Source: an uncultured Pelagibacteraceae bacterium (lineage in GTDB: Bacteria; Pseudomonadota; Alphaproteobacteria; Pelagibacterales; Pelagibacteraceae). Taken from it: DNA of 64,000 nt. A program made the position numbers and the translations under genes. Shown in pieces: positions 22,302-32,036 of this stretch (position 1 is the first letter of the stretch; every line of letters starts with the position of its first letter). The notes under the pieces are model-generated. The model searched no databases and was not told the DNA's origin. It worked only from the letters and a program-made list of their open reading frames with translations. Where the stretch lies: NCBI GenBank assembly GCA_902601545.1, contig CACKNR010000004.1, positions 552 to 64,551 on the forward strand. Direction: 5' to 3'.

Positions 22302-23417
22302 ATGTTAGATAAAAAATTTTCTTTTGAGTTAATCACTCAGGACGATAAAGCAAGACTTGGTAAAATAAAAACTTCTCGAGGTATAATCAATACGCCTGCC
22401 TTCATGCCTGTTGGAACCTTAGGAACAGTAAAAGGTTTATTTGTAGATGATATTCTAAAAACACAATCTGATATAATATTAGGAAATACTTATCATTTAT
22501 TATTACGGCCTGGAATTAATGTTTTAAAAAAATTTGGAGGCCTTCACAATTTTATGAATTGGCAAAAACCTATTTTGACGGACTCTGGCGGATATCAAAT
22601 AATGTCATTATCAAAATTGAACAAAATTGATATTAATATTGGGGCTATTTTTAGATCTCATATTGATGGTAAAAAAATAATTTTAAGTCCAGAAAAAAGT
22701 ATTCAAGTTCAGAAAGCAATAAACTCAGATATAATGATGGTTTTGGATGAATGTCCAAAATTAACAAAAGACAAAAAAATTTTATCTAGTTCAATTCAAG
22801 TTTCAACTGAATGGGCCAAAAGATGTAAAATTGAATTTGGCAATAATAAATCAAAAGGATTATTTGGTATTGTTCAAGGGGGATTATACAAAGATTTAAG
22901 AGTAGAGAGTATATCAAAATTAAAAGATATAAATTTTGATGGTTATGCTATGGGTGGTTTAGCAGTTGGAGAAACTCAATCTGATATGTTCAATATTTTA
23001 AACGAGACTACTAAATATTTACCTGAAACAAAACCTAGATATCTTATGGGGGTAGGCACCCCATCTGATATATTGGGAGCGGTAAAAGAGGGCATAGATA
23101 TGTTCGATTGCGTCTTACCGACTAGGTCAGGAAGAACTGGTCTAGCTTTCTGCTGGGAAGGAAAAATAAATTTAAAAAATTCAAAATTCCAAAATGATAA
23201 ATCTCCATTAGACTCAGCATGCGACATAAGAGAACTCAATAAATACTCAAAAAGCTATTTAAATCATCTAATAAAATCTAATGAAATGTTGGCATCAATG
23301 TTAATTTCTTTAAACAATATATATTTTTATCAACAATTTATGCGCGAAATAAGGACTAATATCAATAATGGTACATTTAAGAATTTTTATAATAAATATA
23401 TCAATTTTTTTAATTAA
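22302..23417 (+). CDS. tgt: tRNA-guanine transglycosylase
   Basis: TPAFMPVGT, NTYHL, TDSGGYQ, DEC, GGLAVGE, DMFDCVLPTR. Confidence 0.96.
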   Translation: MLDKKFSFELITQDDKARLGKIKTSRGIINTPAFMPVGTLGTVKGLFVDDILKTQSDIILGNTYHLLLRPGINVLKKFGGLHNFMNWQKPILTDSGGYQIMSLSKLNKIDINIGAIFRSHIDGKKIILSPEKSIQVQKAINSDIMMVLDECPKLTKDKKILSSSIQVSTEWAKRCKIEFGNNKSKGLFGIVQGGLYKDLRVESISKLKDINFDGYAMGGLAVGETQSDMFNILNETTKYLPETKPRYLMGVGTPSDILGAVKEGIDMFDCVLPTRSGRTGLAFCWEGKINLKNSKFQNDKSPLDSACDIRELNKYSKSYLNHLIKSNEMLASMLISLNNIYFYQQFMREIRTNINNGTFKNFYNKYINFFN

Positions 23418-23461
23418 GTATTTGAATTTTAATTAATTAATATATAAAAGGTCGTTCTTGA

Positions 23462-23537
23462 GGGCCCTTAGCTCAGTTGGTAGAGCACCTCCCTTTTAAG
23501 GAGGGTGTCGATGGTTCGAGTCCATCAGGGCTCACCA
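23462..23537 (+). tRNA. tRNA-Lys(UUU)
   Basis: 76-nt cloverleaf; anticodon arm CCTCC-CTTTTAA-GGAGG; GGTTCGAG T-loop; encoded CCA. Confidence 0.97.
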
Positions 23538-23540
23538 AAA

Positions 23541-24374
23541 CTAGATTTTAATTGGTGGGTATTTTTTTATAACTTCAAATATCCAATTATTCAAATTTTC
23601 TATTCGTTTAGAACTGCTTGGATGAGTGCTTAAAAAAACAGGAGGCTCTTTACCTTTATTTTTTTCTGCCATTCGTTGCCATAACTTAACAGATTCTCTT
23701 ATATCATACCCCGATAATGATGAAAAAATTAATCCTAAATAATCTGCTTCAGTTTCTTGTTTTCTTCCAAAAGGATTCATGATTCCTAATTGAAAAATGT
23801 CAAAACCAGTATTTCTTCCAACTGTGTTTCGTGTCCTGCTAATTGCTCCACCTAAAAAAATGTCCGCTACTGCCGTTCCTAGATTTAAAGTCATTGCTTG
23901 ACTAGCTCGCTCAACAGAATGTCTTGCCACTGCATGGGCGATTTCGTGACCCATTACTATAGACAATGCATCAATGTTTTTTGTCACTTTTAAAAGACCT
24001 GTATAAACAGCAATTTTTCCACCAGGCATACACCACGCATTAACAACTTTATCATTATCTACTAATACATAATCCCAATTAAAATTTTTTGTAGGATCCT
24101 CTTTACGCTCGCTTTCAAAGAATGCACTTACTGAAACTTCCATTTTTTTTCCAATATTTATAATTTGATCGAGTTGTTTTCCAGTTGTAATAAGCTTCGC
24201 TTTTTGTTTAAATTTTTCGTAGGCAGATGCAGCTTCAAGATTAATTTTTGCTTCAGGAATAATACTTAATTGCTTTCTTTCTGTAATTGGAACAGTAGCA
24301 CAAGAGGGTAGTATCAAAGAGCAACAACTACATCCAAATAAGCCAAGAAATTTTCTTCTGTTTATGCTATACAT
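23541..24374 (-). CDS. M48 family Zn metallopeptidase, probable Tat-exported lipoprotein
   Basis: NAWCMPGGK, HEIAH, ETEAD, STHP; N-terminal NRRKFLG and LPSC lipobox. Confidence 0.9.
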   Translation of the reverse strand: MYSINRRKFLGLFGCSCCSLILPSCATVPITERKQLSIIPEAKINLEAASAYEKFKQKAKLITTGKQLDQIINIGKKMEVSVSAFFESERKEDPTKNFNWDYVLVDNDKVVNAWCMPGGKIAVYTGLLKVTKNIDALSIVMGHEIAHAVARHSVERASQAMTLNLGTAVADIFLGGAISRTRNTVGRNTGFDIFQLGIMNPFGRKQETEADYLGLIFSSLSGYDIRESVKLWQRMAEKNKGKEPPVFLSTHPSSSKRIENLNNWIFEVIKKYPPIKI

Positions 24375-24464
24375 TTTAGACTCATGATTTTAAATAATAA
24401 ATTATTAATTGCAATTTTTATATTAATTATAATTTTTATAATTTATTCTAGCTATACATAAAAT

Positions 24465-25076
24465 ATGGAAAAAAACATAAAAAAATCAATTTTTTCAAAA
24501 ATTAGAAATAATTTTATAGCAGGTATTGTAGTATTAATACCTATTGGAATCACTCTTTATCTAACTCTTTTTTTTATAAGAATATCTGGAAACATAATTC
24601 CAAAAGAAATTAATCCAAATAACTATTTACCTTTTGATATTCCAGGTGTTGAAATTCTTGTCGCTTTGATTTTTATCACTTTAATAGGTTGGTTGTCACT
24701 TTCATTTTTAGGAAAAAAATTCTTTGAAATATTTAATAACATATTAAAAAAAATACCAATTTTAAGAACTATCTATTCTGCTATTGGTCAGATGACAGAA
24801 AGTTTCACGAAATCTGATAATAAACAAAAGAGCGTCGTTCTTCTTGAGTATCCAAGAAAAGGTATTTGGGCCGTTGGTTTTGCTACAAAAAAAAATGAAG
24901 GAATGATTGAAGATAATGTTAAAGAAAATTTAATAAATGTTTTTGTACCAACTACGCCAAACCCTACTAGTGGTTTTTTGTTAATGGTACCAAAAAAAGA
25001 TTTAATTTATCTTGACGTAACATTTGAACAAGCATCTAAATTTATTGTTTCTGCTGGTACAACTAATTTGAATTAA
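24465..25076 (+). CDS. DUF502 family membrane protein
   Basis: IPILRTIYS, EYPRKGIW, VFVPTTPNPTSGFL. Confidence 0.9.
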   Translation: MEKNIKKSIFSKIRNNFIAGIVVLIPIGITLYLTLFFIRISGNIIPKEINPNNYLPFDIPGVEILVALIFITLIGWLSLSFLGKKFFEIFNNILKKIPILRTIYSAIGQMTESFTKSDNKQKSVVLLEYPRKGIWAVGFATKKNEGMIEDNVKENLINVFVPTTPNPTSGFLLMVPKKDLIYLDVTFEQASKFIVSAGTTNLN

Positions 25077-27127
25077 ATTTTTTTAGTATTTATTATTCCT
25101 GCTTTATCGAATAATTTAAGAAGAAATTCGTATTTTTGTTGATTAATTTTTTCATTAATATCAAAAACGTATTTTTCAGCTAATTCGAATAAGTCTTCAT
25201 GAATGACAGGATCAGCAAACTTAAAACTTTTTAATCCGCTTTGCTGATAACCAACTAGATCTCCAAAACCTCTAAGCTTTAGATCTTCTTCTGCAATTAA
25301 AAAACCATCATCGGAACTTTTAAGTATCTTTATTCTCTTAACTGCATTTTTACTTAAGCTTTCCTTAAAAAGCAAAATACACGTTGCTTGCTTGTTACCT
25401 CTGCCTACTCTTCCTCTTAGTTGATGAAGCTGTGCCAAACCAAATTTATTTGAATTTTCAATTATTATTACATTTGCATTTGGAAAATCGATTCCAACTT
25501 CTATGACTGTAGTAGAAACTAAAATTGAAATCTTTTTATTTAAAAAGTCATTTAAAATCTTTTCTTTTTCTTTTTTTTCTAATGAGCCATGAATAAGACC
25601 AACCAAATTTGGGAATCTTTTATTTATTAATTCATATTTACTTTTAGCGGATGAGTAATCTAGAAATTTAGATTTGTCTATTAATGGGCAAACCCAAAAA
25701 ATTTGATTTTTTTTTTTTATCTCATTTTTTAAAAAATTCCAAATTTCATTTATTTTTTTTTCAGGCTTGCTTAAAGTTAAAACTTTTTTTCTAGATAGTG
25801 GTTTATCTTTAATCTTTGAGATATCCATATCACCATACATTGACATCATCATTGTTCTAGGAATAGGTGTTGCTGACATCAGTAAAACATCACAATTAGT
25901 TCCACCTTTTTCTGCTAGGTCAGCTCTTTGTTGTACACCAAACTTATGCTGTTCATCAATTACTACAAATCCTAAATTTTTAAAGTTTATTTTTTTTTGA
26001 AATAGAGAATGAGTTCCAATTATTAAATCAATATCCCCTTTAAGCAAATTTTTTAAAATTTCATTTTTCTTTTTCCGATCTGTTTTTCCAGTTAAAAATT
26101 CTATTTTAATATCTAATTTTTTAAAGATATTTTTAGCTAAATTATAATGTTGATAAGCTAAAATTTCTGTAGGTCCCATGAAAGCACATTGATAGCCACT
26201 TTCAATTACATTAGCTATCGCTAATAGTGATACAATTGTTTTTCCAGAACCTACGTCACCTTGCATAATTCTAAACATTCGGTTATTACTATTCAAATCT
26301 AAATTTATTTCTTCTAAGGTTCTTTGTTGTCCATCAGTAAGTTTAAAAGGTAAAATTTTTAGAATTTTATTAGAAATATTTTGATGAAATATTTTTACTT
26401 TTTTTCTTTTTTTTATTTTAATTCTTAATTCTGATAAGGTAATAAAATTTGCACAAATTTCATCAAAAGCTAGTCTTCTGAAACTTAAAGATGATTTATT
26501 TTTATATTCATCAGAGGTATGTAATTTGTATATTGCTTCATTCCAGTTTAATAATTTATTAGATTCAATAAAATTTTTATCTAACCAGTCATTAATTTGA
26601 GGCATATTTTTAATAACTTGCTCGCTAAATGATCTATATTTTTTCTCAGTGACACCCTTGGTCAGTTTATATTTAGGTATGTTTCTTATTACATAGTCTT
26701 GATTATCCAGGTTTGTTACATAATCAGGGTTAGTTATTTGATATTTATTCCTAAAAAAATTTATCTTACCACTTATTATTATCCAATTATTTAAAGGAAA
26801 AATTTTTCTCAAATAACCTTCACGGCTGTTAAAATATATTATTTCAATTTGTCCTGTCTCATCTTGACAAATTATCTTATTTGGCAAATTCCTAATTCGA
26901 GGAAAATTAAGTTTTTTAACTAATACTTTTATTGTATTTATTTTTCCAATTTCGAGCTCATTTAGTTTTGATATCTTCGACCTATCGGTTTCTGAATAAG
27001 GTAAATTTAGAACTATATCTTTAATTTTTTCAATTCTTTTACTTTTAAGATACTTTGAAAATTTATTACCAATACCATTTAATTTACCTATATCTTGAAA
27101 TATAAAATCTTTTTTAAATAAATCCAT
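25073..27127 (-). CDS. recG: ATP-dependent DNA helicase RecG
   Basis: QGDVGSGKT, DEQHKFGVQQR, SATPIPRT, QLRGRVGRG. Confidence 0.97.
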   Translation of the reverse strand: MDLFKKDFIFQDIGKLNGIGNKFSKYLKSKRIEKIKDIVLNLPYSETDRSKISKLNELEIGKINTIKVLVKKLNFPRIRNLPNKIICQDETGQIEIIYFNSREGYLRKIFPLNNWIIISGKINFFRNKYQITNPDYVTNLDNQDYVIRNIPKYKLTKGVTEKKYRSFSEQVIKNMPQINDWLDKNFIESNKLLNWNEAIYKLHTSDEYKNKSSLSFRRLAFDEICANFITLSELRIKIKKRKKVKIFHQNISNKILKILPFKLTDGQQRTLEEINLDLNSNNRMFRIMQGDVGSGKTIVSLLAIANVIESGYQCAFMGPTEILAYQHYNLAKNIFKKLDIKIEFLTGKTDRKKKNEILKNLLKGDIDLIIGTHSLFQKKINFKNLGFVVIDEQHKFGVQQRADLAEKGGTNCDVLLMSATPIPRTMMMSMYGDMDISKIKDKPLSRKKVLTLSKPEKKINEIWNFLKNEIKKKNQIFWVCPLIDKSKFLDYSSAKSKYELINKRFPNLVGLIHGSLEKKEKEKILNDFLNKKISILVSTTVIEVGIDFPNANVIIIENSNKFGLAQLHQLRGRVGRGNKQATCILLFKESLSKNAVKRIKILKSSDDGFLIAEEDLKLRGFGDLVGYQQSGLKSFKFADPVIHEDLFELAEKYVFDINEKINQQKYEFLLKLFDKAGIINTKKI

Positions 27128-27150
27128 AAAATGATATATATAATATTTTA

Positions 27151-27408
27151 ATGTCTGAAGAATTAGAAATATTTAAAAAAAAACTTTTATACAGAGCGTC
27201 TTATAGAGGTACTAAAGAGATGGATATTTTACTCAGCTCATTTGTTAAAAAATATATAAGTGACTTTAATCATTATGATTTAATTGAGCTTGAAAAATTT
27301 CTAAAATTTGAGGATGAAGTAATATTGAATTTCTATAATTTTGACAAAATAGATAAAGATATTGATAAAAACAGAATATCAAAAATTTTTAAAAAATATA
27401 AAATTTAA
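27151..27408 (+). CDS. sdhE: Succinate dehydrogenase flavinylation factor
   Basis: KKLLYRASYRGTKEMDILL (RGxxE motif). Confidence 0.9.
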   Translation: MSEELEIFKKKLLYRASYRGTKEMDILLSSFVKKYISDFNHYDLIELEKFLKFEDEVILNFYNFDKIDKDIDKNRISKIFKKYKI

Positions 27409-27411
27409 TAA

Positions 27412-27501
27412 TGGCGGAGAGGGTGGGATTCGAACCCACGAACGAGTTGCCCCGTTGCTGGTTTTCAAGACCAGTGCTTTCAACCGCTCAGCCACCTCTC
27501 C
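27412..27501 (-). tRNA. tRNA-Ser(UGA)
   Basis: 90 nt with long variable arm; anticodon arm CTGGT-CTTGAAA-ACCAG; encoded CCA. Confidence 0.97.
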
Positions 27502-27609
27502 TGGTGATTAAATTGCACCTTTTTTACTATCAAAGTAAACAAATAACAATAATTAATCTTTAAGATTTCTTATGCTAGTTAATAAATAATAAATGTGATA
27601 ATTAAAAAA

Positions 27610-28608
27610 ATGTCAAAAATAATTAAATTTCTTACAATATTTTATATTTCTTTTAATATCCAAACATGTTTATACGCTGAGACTTTTGATATTTGGCTTA
27701 AGAATTTTAAAATTAGTGCCATTGAATCAGGTATATCCAAAGATGTTGTAGAAGATGTAATGTCAGATGCAAAATTTTTGCCGAAAGTAATTGAGTATGA
27801 TCGTTTTCAACCAGAATTTTATGAAGATACTTTTACTTATGTAAGAAAGAGGACTTCTAGAAAAAAAATTACAGAAGGTGTACGATTATATAAAAAAGAA
27901 AAAAAAATTATTGATCAGGTAGAAAAAGAATTTCAGGTAGAAAAAGAATTACTTATAGCATTAATGGGTATAGAAACCAATTTTGGTAAATATTTAGGGA
28001 AAATGGATATAATCTCATCACTAGCAACTTTAAGTTTTGATAAAAGAAGAAGTGATTTTTTTACAAAAGAGTTATTGATTTTGCTTAATCTGGTAGATAG
28101 AAAAATAATTAATAAAGACATACTTTTTGGCTCTTGGGCTGGTGCATTTGGAAATTTCCAATTTATGCCTAGAACTATTCAAAATTACGCAATAGATTTT
28201 AATAATAATACGATCATTGAATTGAAGAACACTGAAGATTCATTTGCTTCAGCCGCAAATTATTTAAAAAAAATCGGTTGGGAAAAAAATGAGCCTTGTT
28301 TTGTTAAAATTCAACTAAAAAAAAATATTCCAAAAAAATATTTAAATTCATCGGCAAGAAATATCAAAAACAAAAAGAAACTAGTTTTTTTTAAAAAATA
28401 CATAAATAATACTGAAAACTTAGATTTAAATTACCAAAAAAATGCTGCAATAATTATACCCGATAAAGATATTATTCCTGGTTCAGAAAATCATTCACCA
28501 GCTTATATAATTTTCGAAAACTATGAAAAAATTTTGCAATGGAATAGGTCATTAAGATTTGCTCTTGCTGTATGCACATTAAAGGATAGTATTAAGAATG
28601 AAATATAA
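27610..28608 (+). CDS. mltB: Lytic murein transglycosylase (MltB-like)
   Basis: DRFQPE, GIETNFG, SLATL, GSWAGAFGNFQFMP; ATG 27610 preferred to GTG 27595. Confidence 0.88.
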   Translation: MSKIIKFLTIFYISFNIQTCLYAETFDIWLKNFKISAIESGISKDVVEDVMSDAKFLPKVIEYDRFQPEFYEDTFTYVRKRTSRKKITEGVRLYKKEKKIIDQVEKEFQVEKELLIALMGIETNFGKYLGKMDIISSLATLSFDKRRSDFFTKELLILLNLVDRKIINKDILFGSWAGAFGNFQFMPRTIQNYAIDFNNNTIIELKNTEDSFASAANYLKKIGWEKNEPCFVKIQLKKNIPKKYLNSSARNIKNKKKLVFFKKYINNTENLDLNYQKNAAIIIPDKDIIPGSENHSPAYIIFENYEKILQWNRSLRFALAVCTLKDSIKNEI

Positions 28609-29341
28609 AGCTATTTTTATTTCTATTTGTCTTGTATTAACCTCTTGTACATTAAACACTGTTTCTTCAAAAAAAACCATACCATACAGTTCAAAAGGAT
28701 TTGCCTATATATATCAGGAAAATGATTTTAAAAATAAGATACTTAAGATTAAACTTGACAATTCAAAATTACAAATTTCTCATAACAAACTAAGTTCAAA
28801 TGTAATGATGAAAATTATAAATCCTAAAACAAATGACTCTATATTGATTAAAAATTATAAAAAAACTGATTTTCCAGACTACTATAAAGTTCTAATAACA
28901 AAAAAAGTGGCTGAGAAATTAAAGATTGATCCCAAACTTCCATTAGTTGAGGTAATTGAAATAAAAAAAAATAAATCATTTGTTGCTAAAAAAGCAAAAA
29001 TTTATAATGAGGAAAAAAAAATCTCCTCAAATGCACCTGTAACCTCTGTCCAAATCTCTAATATTTCTAAAAATAACAATAATAAGAAAAAAATAAGTGA
29101 TGTTAGAATATATATCATGATTGGCACTTTCTATTCTGAGGAAACTGCTGTATTTTTAAGAAAAAGAATCATAAAACAAGTACCTAAGTATAATAATAAG
29201 AAATTGAAAATAATTAAAAAAAGTAATAAAAAAATAGATCTTATATCAGGTCCATATAGTTCTATAGATTTGATGAAAAATGATTACGCAAAATTAAAAA
29301 AATTTGGTTTTGAAGAATTGGATATTACAATAAATGAATAA
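28598..29341 (+). CDS. Divergent RlpA-like lipoprotein with C-terminal SPOR-like region
   Basis: LTSC lipobox; mltB-X-dacA synteny; remnant RlpA pattern; C-terminal IYIMIGTF...LISGPY. Confidence 0.65.
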   Translation: MKYKAIFISICLVLTSCTLNTVSSKKTIPYSSKGFAYIYQENDFKNKILKIKLDNSKLQISHNKLSSNVMMKIINPKTNDSILIKNYKKTDFPDYYKVLITKKVAEKLKIDPKLPLVEVIEIKKNKSFVAKKAKIYNEEKKISSNAPVTSVQISNISKNNNNKKKISDVRIYIMIGTFYSEETAVFLRKRIIKQVPKYNNKKLKIIKKSNKKIDLISGPYSSIDLMKNDYAKLKKFGFEELDITINE

Positions 29342-30482
29342 ATTTTTTATTACTATATTCTTATACTTGAACTTAATTGCTTTTGCTGTTGCTAACCCAA
29401 ATATTCAGGCAAGAACAGGTATATTAATGGATTATGACTCAGAAGAAATATTATTTGAACTTGATCCTGAGGCTAAAATTTATCCTGCATCAATGACAAA
29501 AATAATGACTTCAATTATTGCTTTCGATTTATTAAAGAAAAATAAATTATCTTTAGATGATTTATTTACAGTTTCTGAAAATGCTTGGCGTTTATCTCAA
29601 AGTGGTTACTCCTCAATGTTTATAATGATTAATGATCAAGTCTCAGTTGAAAATTTATTAAAAGGTATAATTATTGCCTCAGGAAATGATGCCTGTGTTG
29701 CGCTAGCTGAAGGTATTGCAGGTTCGGAGGAAAATTTTGCTGAAATGATGAATGAAAAAGCAATAGAAATAGGTATGACCTCTACAAACTTTACAAATTC
29801 ATCAGGCATAAACGACCCAGATAATATTTCTACCGTTAGGGATATAGCTATCATGTCAAAATACTTAATTAAAAATTACCCAAAATATTACGAACTTTTT
29901 AAAGAAAAAAACTTTACTTGGGATAGAACAGGAGGCGATCCAATTAAACAAGGAAATAGAAATCCTTTGTTGTATAAAAATGTTGGTGTTGATGGAGTTA
30001 AAACTGGTTATTTAGCAGTTGAAAAATACTCACTAGCAAGTTCAATGAAAAAAAAGGATAGGCGTCTAATTGCTGTTGTATCAGGTTTTGCTACAAAAAA
30101 TTTAAGAAGTTCTGAGTCCTTAAAGTTATTGAATTGGGGATATAGAAACACAAACACATTTGAAGTTTCTAAAAGCAACGAAACAATTTTTGAATTAGAA
30201 ACCTGGTTAGGTGATAGGGATAAGATTAAAGTAACTACTAATGAGGATTATTATATTACTATAAATAAAAAAAGTATCCGTAATCTTGAAGTTGTTTTAA
30301 AATATGATGGGCCTATAGTTGCACCGATACAAAAAGGAGAAGAAATAGCTAGTTTAATTGTTTCAAGTAAGGGCGAGATAATTAAAGAGCTGCCTCTTTA
30401 TTCTGCAGAAAATCTAAAGAAAGTTAATTTTTTTAAAAGTTTAGTTACTTCGATAAACTACTTAATTTGGGGTGATGTATAA
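29334..30482 (+). CDS. dacA: D-alanyl-D-alanine carboxypeptidase
   Basis: PASMTK (SxxK), SGN, KTG. Confidence 0.95.
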   Translation: MNKFFITIFLYLNLIAFAVANPNIQARTGILMDYDSEEILFELDPEAKIYPASMTKIMTSIIAFDLLKKNKLSLDDLFTVSENAWRLSQSGYSSMFIMINDQVSVENLLKGIIIASGNDACVALAEGIAGSEENFAEMMNEKAIEIGMTSTNFTNSSGINDPDNISTVRDIAIMSKYLIKNYPKYYELFKEKNFTWDRTGGDPIKQGNRNPLLYKNVGVDGVKTGYLAVEKYSLASSMKKKDRRLIAVVSGFATKNLRSSESLKLLNWGYRNTNTFEVSKSNETIFELETWLGDRDKIKVTTNEDYYITINKKSIRNLEVVLKYDGPIVAPIQKGEEIASLIVSSKGEIIKELPLYSAENLKKVNFFKSLVTSINYLIWGDV

Positions 30483-31122
30483 AAAAAAACCTTTTTTTAT
30501 TGTGTTTGAAGGAGTTGAAGGTTGTGGAAAATCTTATCAAAGTAAGAAATTATTACTAAATCTTAAAAAAAAAAAAATTGATGTCTTATTGACTCGTGAA
30601 CCAGGAGGGACAAAAACAGCCGAACTAATCAGGAATTTAATACTTAAAGACTATTTCAATACATCAAAAAAAGAAAAATTTGATAAATATACTGATACAT
30701 TACTCTATCTTGCTTCAAGAAATGAACACGTAAAAAGAAAAATCATTCCATCTCTTAAATTGAAAAAAGTTGTTATATGCGATAGATTTGTTGACTCAAC
30801 CTTAGCTTATCAGGTTTATGGAAAAGGAATTAAAAATAATCTTATCAAAATAATACACAAACATATACTGAACGGATTAAAACCAAATCTCACATTTGTC
30901 CTAAAAGTTTTACCAAGTTCGTCTAGAGAGAGGCTTTTGAAAAGAAAAACAAATAATAGATATGATAATTTTCCGAAATCTTTCTACATTCGAGCCCAAA
31001 AATCATTTTTGAAAATTGCAAAAAATAAAAAAAATTATTTTGTATTAAATTCATCTAAAAATGATAATTCATTAGAAAAAAAAATATTTCAAATTACATC
31101 TAAATATTTAAATTTAAAATGA
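30475..31122 (+). CDS. tmk: Thymidylate kinase
   Basis: FEGVEGCGKS, REPGG, CDRFVDSTLAYQ. Confidence 0.97.
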   Translation: MYKKKPFFIVFEGVEGCGKSYQSKKLLLNLKKKKIDVLLTREPGGTKTAELIRNLILKDYFNTSKKEKFDKYTDTLLYLASRNEHVKRKIIPSLKLKKVVICDRFVDSTLAYQVYGKGIKNNLIKIIHKHILNGLKPNLTFVLKVLPSSSRERLLKRKTNNRYDNFPKSFYIRAQKSFLKIAKNKKNYFVLNSSKNDNSLEKKIFQITSKYLNLK

Positions 31123-32036
31123 ACATAAATGAATTATTCAATCCACAAAATACCAATGAAATAATTGGACACGATGAGAAATTAATTTTTTTTAAAAAAT
31201 TAATCCTTAATAAAAATTTTCCTAAGGTTCTATTATTAAGTGGAGAGAAGGGGATAGGAAAGTTTACAATCATTAATCATTTAATGCATATTTATTTTGA
31301 TAAAGATAATTACGATGAAAAAAAAAATCTTATTGTTGGAAAAAGCCGATTTAATACAAATTTTCTTAATAACACTTTTTCAAATATTATTTACTTGAAA
31401 AAAAAATTTTTGCAAAATTTAAAAATAGATGATGTTCGACATCTAAAAAGTACTTTACAAAAAAAACCAATATTAGACGATAATAGATTTATTATTTTAG
31501 ACGATATTGAAGATTTTAATACAAATAGTTTAAATGCCTTATTAAAAATTATAGAAGAACCAGGAAATAATGATTATTTTATTATCATTCATGATAAATC
31601 AAAACCTATTTTGGAAACTATTAAATCAAGATGTTTAGATATAAAAATTGCGTTAAATGAGAGCACTAGGTTGAAAATTATTTCTTCCTTATTAAACAAA
31701 TATAGTATGGAGGAAATATTTAAGAAAGAATTTATTAAAGTTTCACCAGGTAATTATTTAAAATATAACTTCATTTTTACTGAAAAAAATATTTCGCTAG
31801 AGGATGGTTTTTTCGTTAATTTACAAAAAATTGTTAAAATATACAAAAAGGAAAAAAATACAATTTATAGAGATTTAATGATTTTTTACACTGATTACTT
31901 ATTAAAATTAAAAAATATCGACAACAAATTAATTAAAAATAGATCTTTCATAATAAAAAGTATCAACGAATTTTTCATTTATAATTTAAACCCCAATACT
32001 TTAATTAATTCATTAGAAGGTAAATTAAATGAGTAA
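31119..32036 (+). CDS. holB: DNA polymerase III delta' subunit
   Basis: GEKGIGK, NALLKIIEEP, TIKSRC; tmk-holB-metG-tatD synteny. Confidence 0.9.
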   Translation: MNINELFNPQNTNEIIGHDEKLIFFKKLILNKNFPKVLLLSGEKGIGKFTIINHLMHIYFDKDNYDEKKNLIVGKSRFNTNFLNNTFSNIIYLKKKFLQNLKIDDVRHLKSTLQKKPILDDNRFIILDDIEDFNTNSLNALLKIIEEPGNNDYFIIIHDKSKPILETIKSRCLDIKIALNESTRLKIISSLLNKYSMEEIFKKEFIKVSPGNYLKYNFIFTEKNISLEDGFFVNLQKIVKIYKKEKNTIYRDLMIFYTDYLLKLKNIDNKLIKNRSFIIKSINEFFIYNLNPNTLINSLEGKLNE

